DNA from: an uncultured virus (IMG/VR IMGVR_UViG_3300031857_021139) | Lineage: Duplodnaviria > Heunggongvirae > Uroviricota > Caudoviricetes | Reading direction: 5' to 3' (one strand) | DNA length: 64,000 nucleotides | IMG/VR virus record: IMGVR_UViG_3300031857_021139 | Shown here: positions 1 through 9,322 of the stretch, piece by piece | Layout of the letters: each line of letters starts with the position of its first letter | How positions within the stretch are numbered: the first letter of the stretch is position 1 | Translations under genes and position numbers: made by a program | The notes under the pieces: generated by a model | Told to the model about the DNA's origin: nothing | The model's database searches: none | The model's input: the letters and a program-made list of their open reading frames with translations, nothing else

Positions 1-349
1 CTTGATCCCAGCGACCATGAGGTATCATGGCATGCATCTGATCCACGATATCAGGCACATCATGCTGATGATTGAACTTCTTGAACTCTGGGTAGATCGA
101 CGCATAAGTGTCACAACCTGATGTCACCAGAGGCAGATCTTCGAACTTGGTAAATTTTCCAGGATCAGCATCGATCTGTTGTATTATCTCCACTACTTCG
201 GGATTGTGTCCTTCGAAGTCATCGGTCCTGCCAAACTTTTTACAACGGAAGTTGCAACCGTAAGTGCGGAAGAACACCGATGGTACACCGGCCCAGCGTC
301 CTTCACCCTGTAAACTGTAGAATATTTCTGTGTATGTGATTTTTTCCAT
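1..349 (-). CDS. queE: 7-carboxy-7-deazaguanine synthase (radical SAM), 3' end outside the window
   Basis: Not in the ORF track. Manual translation from ATG at 349: [36 protein letters not shown]...GCDTYAS, which carries the QueE EIFxSxQGEG and GCNxRC...CDT signatures. Confidence 0.9.
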   Translation of the reverse strand, partial: MEKITYTEIFYSLQGEGRWAGVPSVFFRTYGCNFRCKKFGRTDDFEGHNPEVVEIIQQIDADPGKFTKFEDLPLVTSGCDTYASIYPEFKKFNHQHDVPDIVDQMHAMIPHGRWDQ

Positions 350-357
350 GTGGATAT

Positions 358-786
358 TTAGGTCGTTGAGAATATTTCTTCTTGTAAATAACGTTTCAAT
401 TCTTTGTCTGTTGGTTCAACTGAATAGTTCTGTTTGAAAAAGATTTCATAGCTGTCTGATCCATACTTGCCGATACCGTACAACATTGTAGCATCTTCAC
501 CATCCCAAGTCAAGAAATCCACTGTCATCTTTAGGAGGCGTTTGGTACGCACATTGACCATGCCCAAAGAGCGGATCACTGTTTGCACCTCTTCGGGATT
601 GGCCTGCATGAATTTTGAAGGCCGAGACCAGCGTGATAAGAATTCGGGCAACACTGTTTTCACCGGCTTTCGCCCGGTTTGGTTTAGCATGATCACGGCC
701 ACCATGTGTTGCCAGGCACGGATCCTCTCTTGCCTGGCTGGCAACTGTTGCTGGACCATAAGGTCATCGCGCAAGGGCTGTGTCAT
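358..786 (-). CDS. HhH-GPD DNA glycosylase, MBD4-like
   Basis: [13 protein letters not shown] and [15 protein letters not shown] resemble the MBD4 glycosylase domain. Start set at ATG 786 (ATGA overlap with the upstream stop). Confidence 0.8.
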   Translation of the reverse strand: MTQPLRDDLMVQQQLPARQERIRAWQHMVAVIMLNQTGRKPVKTVLPEFLSRWSRPSKFMQANPEEVQTVIRSLGMVNVRTKRLLKMTVDFLTWDGEDATMLYGIGKYGSDSYEIFFKQNYSVEPTDKELKRYLQEEIFSTT

Positions 787-1145
787 TGCGGCCTCGCGAA
801 AGGAGCCAAACGCGGTGGTTGCCATCCCTCGGGTTTGAGAACCTTGCCATCTTCTCTCTTTTTGACCAGGCCCGTGTCCGGATCTATCTTGTCAAAGTTT
901 GAGCGCATGACTTCTTTCCATGCACCTTCGGGATCCACGCCCAGGCTGTGGAGTGCGCCAGCAGTGACAACCATGATATCGATCAAAGCATCGAGATCAT
1001 CTATCACGTTGTCACTGTCGCAGAGTTCATCAAACTCTTCCTTGATGAGATTGCAGTACAGTTGATATTGATCTCGATTGAAAGCATCAGTGGTCTGCCC
1101 ACAGGCCTGCATGAATCTGCGCTGATCATTGAAGATGTCGCTCAT
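783..1145 (-). CDS. MazG-like/all-alpha nucleotide pyrophosphohydrolase (dUTPase-like)
   Basis: EEFDEL, DALIDIMVV, VMRSNFDK and REDGKVLKPEGW motifs. Confidence 0.8.
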   Translation of the reverse strand: MSDIFNDQRRFMQACGQTTDAFNRDQYQLYCNLIKEEFDELCDSDNVIDDLDALIDIMVVTAGALHSLGVDPEGAWKEVMRSNFDKIDPDTGLVKKREDGKVLKPEGWQPPRLAPFARPQ

Positions 1146-1151
1146 AATAGC

Positions 1152-1757
1152 CTACTTGATCCTGCGTTGTAGGTAATTTAGTAGCACACCATAGGCTGGT
1201 AAAATCACCAGGAGGCTGACGATGATCTTGCTGATAGAATTGTTGGTAGCCACAACGTGCCAATTGGCAGCCATGAACTCGTTGGCTCCTCGGTAAAACG
1301 CAGTGAAGAAGAACACATAGGTGTCGATAAAGGTACTGACTACTGCACTCAGCGTAGGAGCGATCCACCAGGTCTGATAGCGTTCACGGAAATACTGAAA
1401 CACATACACATCCAGGAGATTGCTGATGAGATATGCACAGCCCGAGCCAAGGCCAATGCGGAATGCAGTAGACCAAGGAGCACCAGTCAACCCTACTACC
1501 AAGACAGATGCGACGATGGCTGGAACAAAGGCCAGCGAGATCACCGCCCGTCCAGTTTCTTTGCCCAGCAATCTTACGGTTAGGTCAGTGAGCACTACTA
1601 CCAAGGGAAAAGTAAAAGCTGCCGCTGCCAAAGGGGCACCAAACACAGAAAATTTGAACTGTACGATATAGTTTGATATGGCTATAATGATCACGTGCGC
1701 GACCATGAGTTTCGCGGCCAGGGCCGAGTCTACGTTTTTTAAGATCCTATCCAACAT
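1152..1757 (-). CDS. yhhQ: Queuosine-precursor (preQ0/preQ1) transporter, YhhQ/VUT family
   Basis: Multi-TM protein with ISNYIVQ, FTFPLVVVLTDLTVR, SNLLDVYVF and IDTYVFF. AAGGAG SD lies before ATG 1757. Que-gene context. Confidence 0.85.
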   Translation of the reverse strand: MLDRILKNVDSALAAKLMVAHVIIIAISNYIVQFKFSVFGAPLAAAAFTFPLVVVLTDLTVRLLGKETGRAVISLAFVPAIVASVLVVGLTGAPWSTAFRIGLGSGCAYLISNLLDVYVFQYFRERYQTWWIAPTLSAVVSTFIDTYVFFFTAFYRGANEFMAANWHVVATNNSISKIIVSLLVILPAYGVLLNYLQRRIK

Positions 1758-1771
1758 TGTTATCTCCTTTT

Positions 1772-2293
1772 TTAGATATGTTGTTCGTCGGGATTCCATT
1801 TGCGCCACCACTCTTCCCAAGGGAAAACTATCCACTGCGGTGTCTCAAATTTGTTTACCTGCTCTGCAGAATACGTGACTTCTATTTCATTGTGGCTGCT
1901 TTGATTGTCGTACAGCACTGCTACACGCACATTGCCTCCCCAGATCTGGGCCCAGGCAGTGTCATTAGGCAGATTAGATTCCTGCCAATCCTGGCGTATC
2001 CAGTTAAGGGTGGCTCCGGAATCGTTGATGTCATCCACGATCAATATTTTTTTGCCAACAAATGCATCTTCGGCCATCCAAGCATTGGTTTCGCATTGCT
2101 CATCGTCTCTCAGGCTGACTTTCAGCGCATGCATAGGCACTTCGAGATACTGGCTGATGAGATTTGCCGGAATCAATCCGCCACGGGTGATGCCAACCAC
2201 ATAATCGGGATGGAACTCGTCCAGGTACATCTGGCGTATGATTTCTTGGGTCTGTCGTTCGACATCCGACCAGTTTACATAGACTTTTTTCAT
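1772..2293 (-). CDS. Purine phosphoribosyltransferase (Gpt-like)
   Basis: VVGITRGGLIPA, the PRPP-binding motif ILIVDDINDSGAT, and C-terminal WIVFPWE. Confidence 0.85.
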   Translation of the reverse strand: MKKVYVNWSDVERQTQEIIRQMYLDEFHPDYVVGITRGGLIPANLISQYLEVPMHALKVSLRDDEQCETNAWMAEDAFVGKKILIVDDINDSGATLNWIRQDWQESNLPNDTAWAQIWGGNVRVAVLYDNQSSHNEIEVTYSAEQVNKFETPQWIVFPWEEWWRKWNPDEQHI

Positions 2294-3255
2294 CTCTTGC
2301 TCACGTCCACCATGCTGGAGATCCAACGATAGGTTTCAGTGAGTCCGTGTTCAAGGTTATCTGCGGGGGCCCAACCTATGGTTTCACGTATGAGTTGGTT
2401 GTGGCTGTTACGACCCATGACTCCCATAGGGCCGGGTATATTGGTTATGCGTACAGTCTTACCAGCCAGTTCAGCAATCAACAGGGCCAAATCATTGATA
2501 GATATCATGCGCTCAGATCCAAGATTCAGTGCTGATTCACAGTCCGATGCCTGTATTCGGTGTATGCCTTCTATGCATTCGTCGATGAACAAGAATGATC
2601 TCGTCTGTGTACCCGGCCCCCAGACTTCGACGTGTCCATCACTTTCTGCTACCTTGCGGCACAATGCGGCCGGAGCTTTTTCTTTGCCATTGTTCCATGC
2701 GCCCAAGGGGCCAAACACATTGTGCAGACGAGCGATGCGCACACGCAGACCATGGTTGCGGCCAAAGGCCATCCACATGCGTTCTGAGAACAGTTTTTCC
2801 CAACCATATTCGCTGTCAGGGTTGGCTGGATAGGCTGACTCTTCACTCAGCAAAGGATTGTCAGGATCCTCTTGATTGTGGCTGGGATACATGCAGGCCG
2901 ATGATGTGTAAAACACATTTTTTACTCCATGCTTGACCATGGCTTCTGCGATGTTGAGATTGATTAGGCTGGAGTTGTGCATGATGTCGGCATCGTTTTC
3001 ACCGGTAAAGATATAACCGGCACCGCCCATGTCTGCAGCCAACTGATACACAGTGCCAATGTCATGCTCATCAAAAATTCTGCGAACATTGGCTTGCTCT
3101 CGCAGATCCAACTGTAAAAACACATCAGCATCAGATTTGCCGTATTCGTGCATTTTGATGTCTACTCCAATGACATGATGTCCTTGTTTCTTTAGACTTG
3201 AGACCAGATGTCCGCCGATGAATCCACCGGCTCCGCAGACCAACATTGATTTCAT
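2290..3255 (-). CDS. NAD-dependent epimerase, GDP-mannose 3,5-epimerase-like
   Basis: GAGGFIG, LAADMGGAGYI, SSACMYP, YGWEK, EKAPAALCRK and GVMGRNS. Start at 3255 (ATGA overlap). Confidence 0.85.
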   Translation of the reverse strand: MKSMLVCGAGGFIGGHLVSSLKKQGHHVIGVDIKMHEYGKSDADVFLQLDLREQANVRRIFDEHDIGTVYQLAADMGGAGYIFTGENDADIMHNSSLINLNIAEAMVKHGVKNVFYTSSACMYPSHNQEDPDNPLLSEESAYPANPDSEYGWEKLFSERMWMAFGRNHGLRVRIARLHNVFGPLGAWNNGKEKAPAALCRKVAESDGHVEVWGPGTQTRSFLFIDECIEGIHRIQASDCESALNLGSERMISINDLALLIAELAGKTVRITNIPGPMGVMGRNSHNQLIRETIGWAPADNLEHGLTETYRWISSMVDVSKR

Positions 3256-4085
3256 TGTGATTTCTCCATTGCTTGTATTATACGCTCTATGCCCTGATCC
3301 AGCGACGTTTTTGGTTGCCAATATTGCCGGATCCAGAGATCTGGTTCGTTGCGGCGATCCTGCTGTACTGTGTCTTTGGCCAAGGCCGGTTGGATCTTGG
3401 TACCTGGATAGTGCCCGGCGATTATCTCGGCCACTTGTTGCATGCTGTGCCATTCAAAACTGGTGATATGATATTCTTTTTCACGAGGCAGATCAGAGTA
3501 AATCTGCGACAAGGTATATAGGGCTTCACTGCAGTCATCGGCGTACAGCATCTGGCGAAGTTCCGTACCATCAGTGCGCATATCGATCAATCTGGTATGG
3601 CGTGCTTTGTTGATGAAATCTGTGACCACATGTGTCTTGGCCGGATCGTGTTCTATACCATAGACATTCCAGAATTTCACAGTAACTCCTCCCAGGCTTT
3701 GGGTGAGTTTTTCAGCCAGACTTTTGGTCAGACCATAGGAGCTATAGCTCATATTAGCCATCTGGCTGGATGCAAACACAAAAGGCTTTTTGGCTTCATA
3801 AAGACAATCAAACACGTTGTGCATGATAGCCACATTGTTCATGATGAATTCATAGGTATCTTGATAGCGTGCTAGATATGCGCTGCCACCAACATCCCAG
3901 GCCAAGAAATACACAAAGTCGGCATGGTACAAGGCCTGGCGGAACGAAGAGTTATACAGTCTACGTAGGTCATATTTTAAACCGTCGGCGATGTCAAATT
4001 CTTGTATGCTATGACCTTGATCGCGAAGGTAGGCACAAAGACTGAGTCCGATCTGTCCGGCTGATCCCAGTACAAGATATTTCAT
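3252..4085 (-). CDS. NAD-dependent epimerase/dehydratase (extended SDR)
   Basis: GSAGQIG, YGLTK and NVYG motifs. Confidence 0.8.
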   Translation of the reverse strand: MKYLVLGSAGQIGLSLCAYLRDQGHSIQEFDIADGLKYDLRRLYNSSFRQALYHADFVYFLAWDVGGSAYLARYQDTYEFIMNNVAIMHNVFDCLYEAKKPFVFASSQMANMSYSSYGLTKSLAEKLTQSLGGVTVKFWNVYGIEHDPAKTHVVTDFINKARHTRLIDMRTDGTELRQMLYADDCSEALYTLSQIYSDLPREKEYHITSFEWHSMQQVAEIIAGHYPGTKIQPALAKDTVQQDRRNEPDLWIRQYWQPKTSLDQGIERIIQAMEKSQ

Positions 4086-4687
4086 TTGATGACCTTGTTC
4101 GATTTACGGCGCAACAATGTTAGGCCATGATTCACTGGCACTGTGGACCACTCCCATAGTTCTGGATCTAACTCAGCCACAGCCCGATATGGGCCACCAC
4201 CGGCCCATTGGGCATCCGTGGTTGTGGGATCGGATCGATAGTCAGGTTGGGCATTGGAGTACATTAGATCATGCAACAAGATGATAGAAGAAGGTGTGAT
4301 CATGTCCTGGATGATTGACAGTTCTCGAGACACATGTTCGTAGGCGTGCCAATCATCTACATACACCAGGTCATATTGGCCACCATCACTGCGACGCTGT
4401 TCTAACCAGGCGATAGCATCGCTTTGATAGAATTTCCAATACACACGTAGATCCTCTGGACACTCAAAGGTAGTAGGATCGAGATCCACACTGTGTACAA
4501 CGCCCCCGGTCTCTTTAGCCGCGCACAAGAATGGCAATGTGGTATTGCCAGTCCTTACGCCCAATTCTAAGATACGTTTTGCATGTATCTGCATGGCCAT
4601 GGCGAAGCAAGTGAGCAAATGCCGATCGCTGTCGGCTCCTCCATATTTCACTCGGTTCAAAAGAAATTGATAATATTCTAATCTCAT
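4082..4687 (-). CDS. Class I SAM-dependent methyltransferase
   Basis: ILELGVRTG, SVDLD, DLVYVDDWH and LLHD motifs. Confidence 0.8.
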   Translation of the reverse strand: MRLEYYQFLLNRVKYGGADSDRHLLTCFAMAMQIHAKRILELGVRTGNTTLPFLCAAKETGGVVHSVDLDPTTFECPEDLRVYWKFYQSDAIAWLEQRRSDGGQYDLVYVDDWHAYEHVSRELSIIQDMITPSSIILLHDLMYSNAQPDYRSDPTTTDAQWAGGGPYRAVAELDPELWEWSTVPVNHGLTLLRRKSNKVIK

Positions 4688-5595
4688 TGGGGGTCCTTAA
4701 TGATTTCTTCAAGGTCTTGGCCTTGCAATCCCCAGGCCGTGGTGCCACTGCGGCGACTTAGCTCAAGAATCTCTCTATGATCATAGGCCATGTCTTGTGC
4801 GCTACGTTGGTGATGTTGATGAAAAATACAGCATGGTGCCTGTACCACATGTTGTTTGACACCAGCCCAATGGAATCGGTACAGGCTGATGCTGTCTACA
4901 TGCCAGCGTCGATCCAGGCTTTCGTATAACCCACGCACGGTCCAAAATGTTTCTCGGCTGGCCAAAATAAAGTCGCCAGCACCGTTGGTGTGCATGATGT
5001 TGAGATCAACCTGTCCACGTGGCAACGACGATACATCACCTGCATGATTTACAGGGAGGCTTACGCTGGCGTTTTGCTCCATGCTGTGTACCACGAAACT
5101 ATGTTTTACTGCGTAATTTTCTATCTCTGCATCGTTGATTGCACTGATACCATCAGGTACGAAGTCATATCTATCGGTACGATACACTGTGTCGGTACGC
5201 AAAGGTCTGGTAGACAACCAATCGATCATGGCCTGGCTGAACACGATGTCGGGATTGGTAGCCAACACAAAATCACCACGGGCTCGTCTAATACCCACAT
5301 TCTTGCCGGCAAACTCTAGCACAGGCATGGTGGCGCCTATGGTCTCGTGTGTGTCACTGTCTACAGTGATGTATCGCACTGATATGTTGCGTGTGGCCGG
5401 TAATGCTTGACTCAGTGGCTCACGATCAGGCAAGGGATTCCATTCTACTATGACAAGTTCCATAAGATCAGGACATGCCCGTACTTGCCAATCCAAGTGA
5501 CGCAGGAATACCCTGAGTCTGCCTAAAAAGTCTTGTCCATAATCATCGTTGCGTCCTGTGATGACTACGGAGATGTAGGGAGTATTAGATGTCAA
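4684..5595 (-). CDS. GT-A fold glycosyltransferase (GT2-like)
   Basis: ISVVITGRND, KNVGIRRARGDFVLATNPD and GDFIL motifs. Confidence 0.75.
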   Translation of the reverse strand: MTSNTPYISVVITGRNDDYGQDFLGRLRVFLRHLDWQVRACPDLMELVIVEWNPLPDREPLSQALPATRNISVRYITVDSDTHETIGATMPVLEFAGKNVGIRRARGDFVLATNPDIVFSQAMIDWLSTRPLRTDTVYRTDRYDFVPDGISAINDAEIENYAVKHSFVVHSMEQNASVSLPVNHAGDVSSLPRGQVDLNIMHTNGAGDFILASRETFWTVRGLYESLDRRWHVDSISLYRFHWAGVKQHVVQAPCCIFHQHHQRSAQDMAYDHREILELSRRSGTTAWGLQGQDLEEIIKDPQ

Positions 5596-6755
5596 TTTAA
5601 CGTTATCTCAAAAAATTCTACGCCTTGGGCTATTAGATCTGATTTGCGTTCAAACTGTATGCGTTGACCAAATTTTTGATCAAGATCTTCGACTAATTCT
5701 GTAGGTATGAGATTGTTTTGTTGTACAAACACCGTGTGACCCTTTTGTAGAAGTTTGACACAGACCTGGAACTGCTGGCTCTCTTCCAATATGTCTGTCT
5801 CAGGCTTGTACATGATAGAAGGCATGTAGAATGGTAGAGACTTTGTGTTTTGTTTTTCTAACCAATCTACAAGGAAATTGGAATGAAATAGATTAAATTC
5901 ATCCACGATGTGACCCAATGGAAAGTCTAATCCCACACGTTGAGAATAGTGAGCAAAGGCACGATTGTCTCTGGGCAGGCACGGCCCTCCGTAGCCAAAT
6001 CCGAATCTCATATATTTAGACCCAATGCGAGAATCGCTACCTACGGCTGCGAGAGCAAGGTCCACATCTTCATCGAGACCGGAGCGGATTAGCACTTCTC
6101 CCAGCATGTTGGCATAGGAGATCTTGGTGGTGAGGAAACAGTTGGTGGCAATCTTGACCAGTTCCGCGGCTGTGATGCTCATGGCATGCACGTTGGGCCG
6201 GACGGTCTGTATATCATCGTACAGCAACTGATAAGCAGAGATCACTGAAGGATTCTCACCACCGATCAGAACCATGTCGGCATTTTGTAGATCTCGGATA
6301 ATGGATCCCTGGGCGATAAATTCAGGATTATACAGCACACTGATACCTTGAAATCTAAGACGATCCTGCACACGCTGGCAATCACCAGGATTGGTCGTGC
6401 AACCTATCACAAGGATCTTGCCAGAGATATCAAATTCACACTCGGCGATGTCTTGTACCACGCGATCCACTGCAGATATGTCATAACTGCCATCCGCGGC
6501 CGACGGTGTGGCTACCATGACATAGATCACTTCGCTGTGTTGGATCACGGCTCGCGTATCCGTGGTAAATTGTATTGACTTCTTGTGGGCCAGTAATTCA
6601 GCCACGCCAGGTTCCGTGGTCTGGATCTCACCGCGATTCAATGCTGCCACATAGTTAGTACGGATGTCTGATGCCATGACATCATGCCCGGCACGATCCA
6701 GCAACAGGGCGAAACAGATACCCAGGCGTCCGACGCCAATCACACCAATCTTCAT
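5592..6755 (-). CDS. ugd: UDP-glucose/GDP-mannose 6-dehydrogenase
   Basis: GVGRLG, YNPEF, AELVKIATN and the catalytic GYGGPCLPRD. Confidence 0.9.
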   Translation of the reverse strand: MKIGVIGVGRLGICFALLLDRAGHDVMASDIRTNYVAALNRGEIQTTEPGVAELLAHKKSIQFTTDTRAVIQHSEVIYVMVATPSAADGSYDISAVDRVVQDIAECEFDISGKILVIGCTTNPGDCQRVQDRLRFQGISVLYNPEFIAQGSIIRDLQNADMVLIGGENPSVISAYQLLYDDIQTVRPNVHAMSITAAELVKIATNCFLTTKISYANMLGEVLIRSGLDEDVDLALAAVGSDSRIGSKYMRFGFGYGGPCLPRDNRAFAHYSQRVGLDFPLGHIVDEFNLFHSNFLVDWLEKQNTKSLPFYMPSIMYKPETDILEESQQFQVCVKLLQKGHTVFVQQNNLIPTELVEDLDQKFGQRIQFERKSDLIAQGVEFFEITLN

Positions 6756-7534
6756 GTTTTCTCCGCTGTGATCATGAGATGCCACCCCAAGCGGCGTTCC
6801 AAAGCATGAAACATGTCATCGGACATAGTTTCAAACCAAGGTTGGCGTACATATTTTCCTTGTTTGTAAGGTTCTATCTGATAAGGAAATATGTGATCCT
6901 GTTCTACCGACATGATTTTAAACTCAGGACCAATCATGTTGATCAGTTGCTGTTGCGTATAGGTATGAGCGATAGGGCACCCATGTTGCGCTTCTGGCTG
7001 ATCCAGTCCGGCGTCGATCATAAAGTTTTTCCATGAGTTTGCGGCATAGACCATGACCTTGAGTGTAGTACCAGGATTCATATAATTTTTGGCTTCACGC
7101 AAAATAGCCATGGGGTTAGGGCTGTGATGTATCACGCCCCAGGTAAAAACCAGGTCATAAGGTTGTATAGGTACGAAGTCAGTAAGTTGTTCGGCATTGC
7201 CTTGAAAGAACCTACCCGTATAATTATAGACTTGGAATCTCTGCCGTGTAAGGTCCAGGCTTTCTTGGCTGAGTTCTATTCCTGTATAGTCAGCTCCAGC
7301 ACGGGCAAAGTTGATGGCCATGGTGCCGATGCCCGATCCAATCTCCAACACTCGCTTGTTATGCCAGCGATCGAATTCACAAAAGGCAGGAATGTGTGGT
7401 TCGGCTAAGAACTTTTTCTTCTCCACCTCATCAAAATATTCTTTTGTGCCAATGGGTTTGTCACTGTGTCTTACGTTGCATGGTCTGGCATCCCAATACC
7501 TCTGGACATCATCTATGGTCACGGTTGGTGCCAT
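6752..7534 (-). CDS. Class I SAM-dependent methyltransferase
   Basis: VLEIGSGIG and YDLVFTWGVIHH motifs. Confidence 0.85.
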   Translation of the reverse strand: MAPTVTIDDVQRYWDARPCNVRHSDKPIGTKEYFDEVEKKKFLAEPHIPAFCEFDRWHNKRVLEIGSGIGTMAINFARAGADYTGIELSQESLDLTRQRFQVYNYTGRFFQGNAEQLTDFVPIQPYDLVFTWGVIHHSPNPMAILREAKNYMNPGTTLKVMVYAANSWKNFMIDAGLDQPEAQHGCPIAHTYTQQQLINMIGPEFKIMSVEQDHIFPYQIEPYKQGKYVRQPWFETMSDDMFHALERRLGWHLMITAEKT

Positions 7535-8346
7535 CTTGGCTCCTGCCTTGCTATCTGTCGGTTAGGATCGTATTCTCGACTGCACATCTTTGCCCATGGA
7601 TCCTGTTTGCTTGCTAAAACATTTTCAAACCAACTCACATCTTCACCCTGTGTGCGCAGGTAATCCACGATACGTCCAGCATCATCAAATCTTTGCTTAC
7701 GGAAAGTGACATAGTTAAAATCCTTGGGATGATCTGGGCGGCCCTCCAGCATGGGCCGATTTTGGAATGTCTCATCATTGTTGTTGCCAGTGATGTCAAA
7801 CCTATCATGGGTGACTTGTACGTCAATGTTGTGTATGCGATCTATGAGATATCCCACTTGGCTTATCCAAGAATCCGTGAGTTGGTGAGGACTTAGATAT
7901 CCAAACATTTCGTACCATTTGCGAGGCACTATAGGAAATATAGCGTAGGGATGGCAATTGTGTGTGGGCATGCGTAGCACCCGAAATCCATCTACTTCCG
8001 TGATGCGTAGGTCCCAATCGTCGCTCTCCATGACAGCATCGTCGCCCCAGAAAAATAACCAGTGTCCCTGAGCATAAGAAGCCAAAGAATTGAGATATTC
8101 GTTGAGTCTTATGTAACCCAGGCGTTCGAATCCCAGGCAGGTAAATCTCGCACCTCGATCAGTGAGATTTGGCGCAATGTTGTTGTTGAAATAATCTATG
8201 CTTTCCGTATCATCATGATCAAAAGCCAGTAACATTTCTACCCTACTGATATCATGGGCACGATCTGCAAGGCTTAATAGGCTACGGCCTAAGATGTCGG
8301 TACGTCCCCGAGTGGGAAGTAATACAGAAATATCAGTTTTAAGCAA
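7519..8346 (-). CDS. GT-A fold glycosyltransferase (GT2-like)
   Basis: ISVLLPTRGR and FFWGDD (DxD-like). Start uncertain (TTG). Confidence 0.7.
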   Translation of the reverse strand: MLKTDISVLLPTRGRTDILGRSLLSLADRAHDISRVEMLLAFDHDDTESIDYFNNNIAPNLTDRGARFTCLGFERLGYIRLNEYLNSLASYAQGHWLFFWGDDAVMESDDWDLRITEVDGFRVLRMPTHNCHPYAIFPIVPRKWYEMFGYLSPHQLTDSWISQVGYLIDRIHNIDVQVTHDRFDITGNNNDETFQNRPMLEGRPDHPKDFNYVTFRKQRFDDAGRIVDYLRTQGEDVSWFENVLASKQDPWAKMCSREYDPNRQIARQEPRWHQP

Positions 8347-8842
8347 AGAGATCCTCGTTCCAATGTCTGTGACCTTCGCGATAGGCCATGTTTGATTGTG
8401 TTTCTCTTACTTCCACGCGATAGCACCACAGCCGATCGGCTTCGCTGGGTCCCCACATGTCAGGAATGTAAACTCCATTGACATATTTGTAAAGCATGTC
8501 CGCCAGGCCTTCGCAACCTAATCGTGGCAGGATGGTCAGTTTGGCCATTTTCTTTTCTTGTAAAAGTTTGAATGTATCCAATTCGGGATCATCTTGAGCT
8601 ACCAATAAAGTATGATCAAATTGATCTTCTAACGTGCTTTTGAGTTCTTTGAGACCACCGTAATCGGCAGCCCAGTTGCGCACGTCCAGATCGTCGGTGC
8701 CAAAATAAAACTTCATGGAGAAACTGTATCCATGTATGAGATTGCAATGGCTGTCGGCTCGCCATTGGCGATAAGCGCAGGGGAAAGCGTCATGATATTC
8801 TTTGGTACTGGTCCAGCGATAAGTCTTTGGTGTTTGATCCAC
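8339..8842 (-). CDS. queD: 6-carboxy-5,6,7,8-tetrahydropterin synthase
   Basis: CNLIHGY, DYGGLK, FDHTLL, GCE and VEVRET T-fold motifs. GTG start with AGGAG SD. Confidence 0.9.
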   Translation of the reverse strand: MDQTPKTYRWTSTKEYHDAFPCAYRQWRADSHCNLIHGYSFSMKFYFGTDDLDVRNWAADYGGLKELKSTLEDQFDHTLLVAQDDPELDTFKLLQEKKMAKLTILPRLGCEGLADMLYKYVNGVYIPDMWGPSEADRLWCYRVEVRETQSNMAYREGHRHWNEDLFA

Positions 8843-8851
8843 GATATGTCT

Positions 8852-8916
8852 CCTATGTTAGAGTTTAGCATAGGCGGCAGAGTTTGTAAAGCGGGATGAC
8901 GCCGAAAAGACCGCTG
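8852..8916 (-). ncRNA. Candidate preQ1-I-like riboswitch (H-type pseudoknot plus SD-sequestering hairpin) in the queD leader
   Basis: Minus-strand RNA: AGCGG-UCUUUUCGGCGUCAUC-CCGCU-UUACAAACUC-UGCCG-CCUAUGCUAAACUCUAACAUAGG-AG. It has a 5-bp P1, loop CGGCG complementary to UGCCG, and a CCUAUG/CAUAGG stem covering the SD. Confidence 0.55.
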
Positions 8917-8923
8917 TGAAAAG

Positions 8924-9322
8924 TTATTTATCTGTTGGGTTTTTATAATCTGGTTTTTTATAGTTGGCCTGTCCGGGTATCACGGCCCGTATCCCGCCCA
9001 CCGGATCTGGTGCATCACCATCTCTCCTGGGTATGAGATGTATGTGCGGATACATCACTGTCTGTCCGGCTGTGCTTCCCATATTCATGCCCACGTTGAA
9101 TCCCTGGCATACACCCTGCTGGACCAAAAAGTTGCCTAATTTATAGGCCTGCCGGAAGCATTCCGCCACATGGTCATTGTCGTCCTGGGCAGGAACAAAC
9201 AATCGGTGTCCTGTGGTCACTGGAAATTTATCAGTATAGACTTTGACCATGCCCAGATCCAATACCAGTTCTTTCCAGGGCACCCGGCCTTGGGCCTGGG
9301 CTTGTATCAAGGTATCTACCAT
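8924..9322 (-). CDS. HIT-family nucleotide hydrolase
   Basis: FPVTTGH and AGQTVMYPHIHLIPR (histidine triad). Confidence 0.9.
   Translation of the reverse strand: MVDTLIQAQAQGRVPWKELVLDLGMVKVYTDKFPVTTGHRLFVPAQDDNDHVAECFRQAYKLGNFLVQQGVCQGFNVGMNMGSTAGQTVMYPHIHLIPRRDGDAPDPVGGIRAVIPGQANYKKPDYKNPTDK

Noticed and set aside
2290..3453. Long N-terminal extensions given by the ORF track (also 825, 1835, 6785, 28832, 44079, 60003, 62851)
   Set aside because: Downstream starts with SD sequences or stop/start overlaps and family-typical N-termini fit better.
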